Assembly (NCBI GenBank): GCA_963845515.1
Contig: CAWJSR010000035.1
Coordinates: 32,001-96,000 of the forward strand
Length of the DNA: 64,000 bases
Reading direction: 5' to 3'
From: an uncultured delta proteobacterium
GTDB taxonomy: Bacteria; Myxococcota; Myxococcia; Myxococcales; Anaeromyxobacteraceae
Shown here: in pieces, positions 61,881 to 64,000 of the stretch
How the letters are laid out: every line of letters begins with the position of its first letter
Numbering within the stretch: position 1 is the stretch's first letter
Program-made: the position numbers and the translations under genes
Notes under the pieces: generated by a model
What the model was told of the DNA's origin: nothing
The model's input: only the letters and a program-made list of their open reading frames with translations
Database searches by the model: none

Positions 61881-63430
61881 CGGCGAGGACGCTGATGGTC
61901 CAGGGGACCGCGTCATCGGTGGGGAAGAGCCTCGTCGTCGCCGGGCTCTGCCGGCTCTTCCGGCGCGCGGGGCTCCGCGTCGCCCCCTTCAAGTCGCAGA
62001 ACATGGCGCTCAACGCGGCCGTCGCCTCCGACGGCGGCGAGATCGGCCGCGCCCAGCAGGTCCAGGCCGAGGCGGCCGGCATCGACGCCACCGTGCAGAT
62101 GAACCCGATCCTCCTGAAGCCGGAGGGGGATGCGCGCTCGCAGGTGGTCCTGCTCGGCCGTCCCTGGAAGACCCTCTCCGCCGCCGAGTACCACGCGGTG
62201 AAGCCCGAGCTGCGCGGGATCGTGCGCGAGTGCCTCGACGCGCTCAGGAGCCAGGTGGACCTCGTCGTCATCGAGGGGGCCGGGAGCCCGGCCGAGGTGA
62301 ACCTCAAGGACCGCGACATCGTCAACATGGACGTCGCGAAGGCGGCCGACGCTCCCGTCCTCCTCGTGGGCGACATCGACCGCGGCGGCGTCTTCGCCGC
62401 CTTCGTTGGGACCATCGCGCTGCTGGAGCCGGACGAGCGCGCCCGCGTCGCAGCCTTCGTCTTCAACAAGTTCCGCGGCGACCGCGCGCTCCTGGAGCCA
62501 GGCTTCGAGCTGCTGCGCGCGCGGACCGGGATCCCGACGCTCGGCGTCCTGCCCTGGCTGCGCGACCTCGGGATCGCCGACGAGGACTCTGTCGCCCTGG
62601 ACGATCGCCGGGGGCGGGGCTCCGTCGCCGTCGCGGGCGAGGTCGACGTCGCGGTGGTCAGGCTGCCGCGCGTCTCCAACTTCGACGACTTCGCCCCGCT
62701 GGAGCAGGAGCGCGGCGTACGGCTCCGCTTCGTGGAGCGTCCAGGCGACGCGCGCGGCGCGGACCTGCTCGTCCTCCCGGGGACCAAGAGCACCCTCCCC
62801 GACCTCGCCTGGCTCCGCGCGACCGGCTTCGCAGACGAGGTGATCGCTCGCGCGCGGCGGGGCGAGCCGGTGCTCGGCGTCTGCGGCGGCTGCCAGATGC
62901 TGGGGACCCGGCTGGAGGATCCGCACGGCGTCGAGTCGGAGGTGCGCGCGGCCGACGGGCTCGGGCTGCTGCCGCTCGTCACCCGGTTCGAGCGGGAGAA
63001 GCTGACGGCCCGCTGCCGCGGCCGCGCGGCGAGCGCAGGGTTCCTCGCGCCGGCCGACGGCGCCGAGATCCAGGGCTACGAGATCCACATGGGGACGGTG
63101 GAGCGGACGGACGGCGGCCCACCGGCCTTCGCACTCCACGAGCGGAACGGACGCGGCTGCAGCGCGGGAGACGGCGCGGTGAGCGGAGACGGCACGGTGG
63201 TCGGGACGCTCATCCACGGGGTCCTCGAGAACGACCAGGTCCGCGCCGCGCTCCTCGGCCACCTCCGGACGCGCCGGTCCCTCCCGCCCCTCCCGGTGAC
63301 GCCGCGCGCCGCCGCGCGTGAAGCCGCCTACGACCGGCTGGCCCGCACGCTCCGCGACGGGCTGGACTGGAGCGCGCTCTGCAGGATCGCCGGCCTCGAC
63401 CTGCCACCCCCGCGTCTCCAGGAGGACTGA
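61877..63430 (+). CDS. cbiP: Cobyric acid synthase
   Basis: MVQGTASSVGKS, PFKSQNM, MNPILLKP, EGAGSPAEVN, DIDRGG, SNFDDF, CGGCQMLG, GYEIH. Confidence 0.96.
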   Translation: MTARTLMVQGTASSVGKSLVVAGLCRLFRRAGLRVAPFKSQNMALNAAVASDGGEIGRAQQVQAEAAGIDATVQMNPILLKPEGDARSQVVLLGRPWKTLSAAEYHAVKPELRGIVRECLDALRSQVDLVVIEGAGSPAEVNLKDRDIVNMDVAKAADAPVLLVGDIDRGGVFAAFVGTIALLEPDERARVAAFVFNKFRGDRALLEPGFELLRARTGIPTLGVLPWLRDLGIADEDSVALDDRRGRGSVAVAGEVDVAVVRLPRVSNFDDFAPLEQERGVRLRFVERPGDARGADLLVLPGTKSTLPDLAWLRATGFADEVIARARRGEPVLGVCGGCQMLGTRLEDPHGVESEVRAADGLGLLPLVTRFEREKLTARCRGRAASAGFLAPADGAEIQGYEIHMGTVERTDGGPPAFALHERNGRGCSAGDGAVSGDGTVVGTLIHGVLENDQVRAALLGHLRTRRSLPPLPVTPRAAAREAAYDRLARTLRDGLDWSALCRIAGLDLPPPRLQED

Positions 63431-64000
63431 TTGCCATCGTTCTTGAGCCGTCCCCTCGTCGCCGTCGCCTTCCTGACGCGCATCCCGGTCCCGCTACCGC
63501 CTCGCTCGACGGCGAGGGCGTCGGCCGCGCGTCGCTCTTCTTCCCCGCGGTCGGGCTCCTCGTCGGCGCGATCCAGGCGGGCTCCGCCTGGCTGCTGCTC
63601 GAGCGGCTCCCCGACACGGTCGTGGCAGTCCTGGTGGTGGCGCTGGGCGTCCTGGTCACCGGCGCGCTGCACCTCGACGGGCTCGCCGACACCGCGGACG
63701 GCTTCGGCGGCGGGAAGGACAAGGAGCACGCGCTCCGGATCATGCGCGACCACTCGGTGGGGGCCTATGGCGCCGCTGCCATCGCCCTCTCGCTGGCGCT
63801 CAAGATCTCGATCGTCGCCACGGTCACCATGTTCGGGACGCCGGGGCTCCTCTGGATCGCGCTCGCCCCGGCGCTCGGACGCTGGGCGCCGGTCCTGCTC
63901 GGGCGCGCCCTCCCCTACGCACGGGCCGAGGGCGGGCTCGGGAAGGCGGTGACCGACGGCTCCACGGGGGCGCTGGAGCTGGGCGGCGCCACCGTCCTGG
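63431..64000 (+). CDS. cobS: Adenosylcobinamide-GDP ribazoletransferase (runs off the window; frameshift near 63500)
   Basis: AFLTRIPV, then in a shifted frame FFPAVGLLVG...TGALHLDGLADTADG...RIMRDHSVGAYG. Confidence 0.92.

Overview
High-GC bacterial chromosomal window; the gene content (AgmX-type zinc-ribbon protein, multiheme cytochrome, gene style) suggests an Anaeromyxobacter-like Myxococcota, which is an inference. 1-21 kb is core anaerobic metabolism and housekeeping: ackA-pta, an MCP, a DEAD-box helicase, a cold-shock protein, a four-subunit 2-oxoacid:ferredoxin oxidoreductase (Vor-like), AcuI, an OFA-family MFS, TrmJ, a tetraheme cytochrome, RsmE, an acyl-CoA ligase, and a GbsR regulator with a clear palindromic operator. 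21.7-29.2 kb is a disturbed accessory region: a RAYT-like HUH/Y1 transposase flanked by short repeats, a 5'-truncated MBL hydrolase, an F420-type reductase split by a ~515-bp foreign fragment between 35-bp direct repeats, and an ABC1 kinase followed by a low-GC PAS-PAS-PAS-GGDEF gene. 29-42 kb holds pyc, a large FAD/Fe-S oxidoreductase, gdhA and an aldehyde dehydrogenase. 42.7-64 kb is a cobalamin locus with two paralogous cobalamin riboswitches, one driving cobU-cobT and one driving a long cbiMQO-cbiX-D-C-ET-L-G-H-F/cobA(fusion)-cobO-cbiA-cbiB-cobD-cbiP-cobS operon with no visible cbiN or cbiJ. Between the two units lies an unusual lipoprotein with a duplicated His/Cys motif and a very long charged repeat tail. 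Many genes carry single-base frameshifts, mostly insertions, that look like long-read consensus errors rather than true pseudogenisation.
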